DNA from: Nemertoderma westbladi
Taxonomy: Eukaryota; Animalia; Xenacoelomorpha
Length of the DNA: 64,000 bases
NCBI GenBank assembly: GCA_032718475.1
Contig: JAUCBJ010003414.1
Coordinates: 1-64,000, forward strand
Direction: 5' to 3'
The position numbers and the translations under genes were made by a program. The notes beneath the pieces are model-generated. The model saw only the letters and a list, made by a program, of their open reading frames with translations, was not told the origin of the DNA and made no database searches. Below, piece by piece: positions 63,574-64,000 of this stretch. How positions within the stretch are numbered: the first letter of the stretch is position 1; each line of letters opens with the position of its first letter.

Positions 63574-64000
63574 CCAGCTGGTTACTGCCATTGACTGGCC
63601 CGAACTCCGGCATTCAACGTATGAGTGTGAGTGTCTTCCCCAAGTAACCTTATTGCAGTTGCGCTGTCCGTCCGCATTAGGCCTCTATACAGATCAGTTA
63701 AGTCTAATCGTCGTCGATGTTAAGACCCTCCAGCCCTTTGCTTTGTGTGAGCGCGTGTCTGTGTGTAACAGTGTGGTAATGCAGTAATGTGCCTTCGAAT
63801 CCGCCAAACAACCCAGGGCGCTAGAATCTCTCTAGCACCAACAATTAATGCATTAAATGTATAATTACACATTTTGAAATATATATTAATCACGAGTATA
63901 CTGATACTGACTGACTGAGTCTGTAGTATTATATACTCAGACTCAAAGTCATGCACATTGTGCCATCTTCACAGCAAATACAATATTTACCAGTTGTTTC

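Overview
Animal (invertebrate-like) nuclear DNA, almost all nested transposable elements inside and beside a minus-strand host gene. The host gene has phase-1 exons: one LamG/concanavalin-like exon (17225-17872) and four near-identical calcium-binding EGF exons (1746-4236). The window holds three BEL/Pao LTR retrotransposons from two related families. A1 (5139-16310, minus) and A2 (25595-60341, plus) carry complementary internal deletions, and B (47304-60332) sits 4 nt from the end of A2's 3' LTR. A2 splits an older LINE whose RT frame is restored by removing it, and it also contains an IS3EU-like DNA transposon remnant carrying a spliced HECT-like gene that was itself hit by two LINEs. The most novel signal is in family A. 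Where env would sit it has a non-env accessory reading frame that looks like a DEDDy 3'-5' exonuclease followed by three Cys/His knuckles and an Arg/Ser-rich tail. It also has at least 10 dispersed, same-strand copies of a 20-nt hairpin (GGAAGGCTYGCGAGCCTACC), a tRNA-like Pol III cassette in the LTR, and no canonical PBS. All family and domain calls are by-eye motif recognition and none was confirmed by a search.
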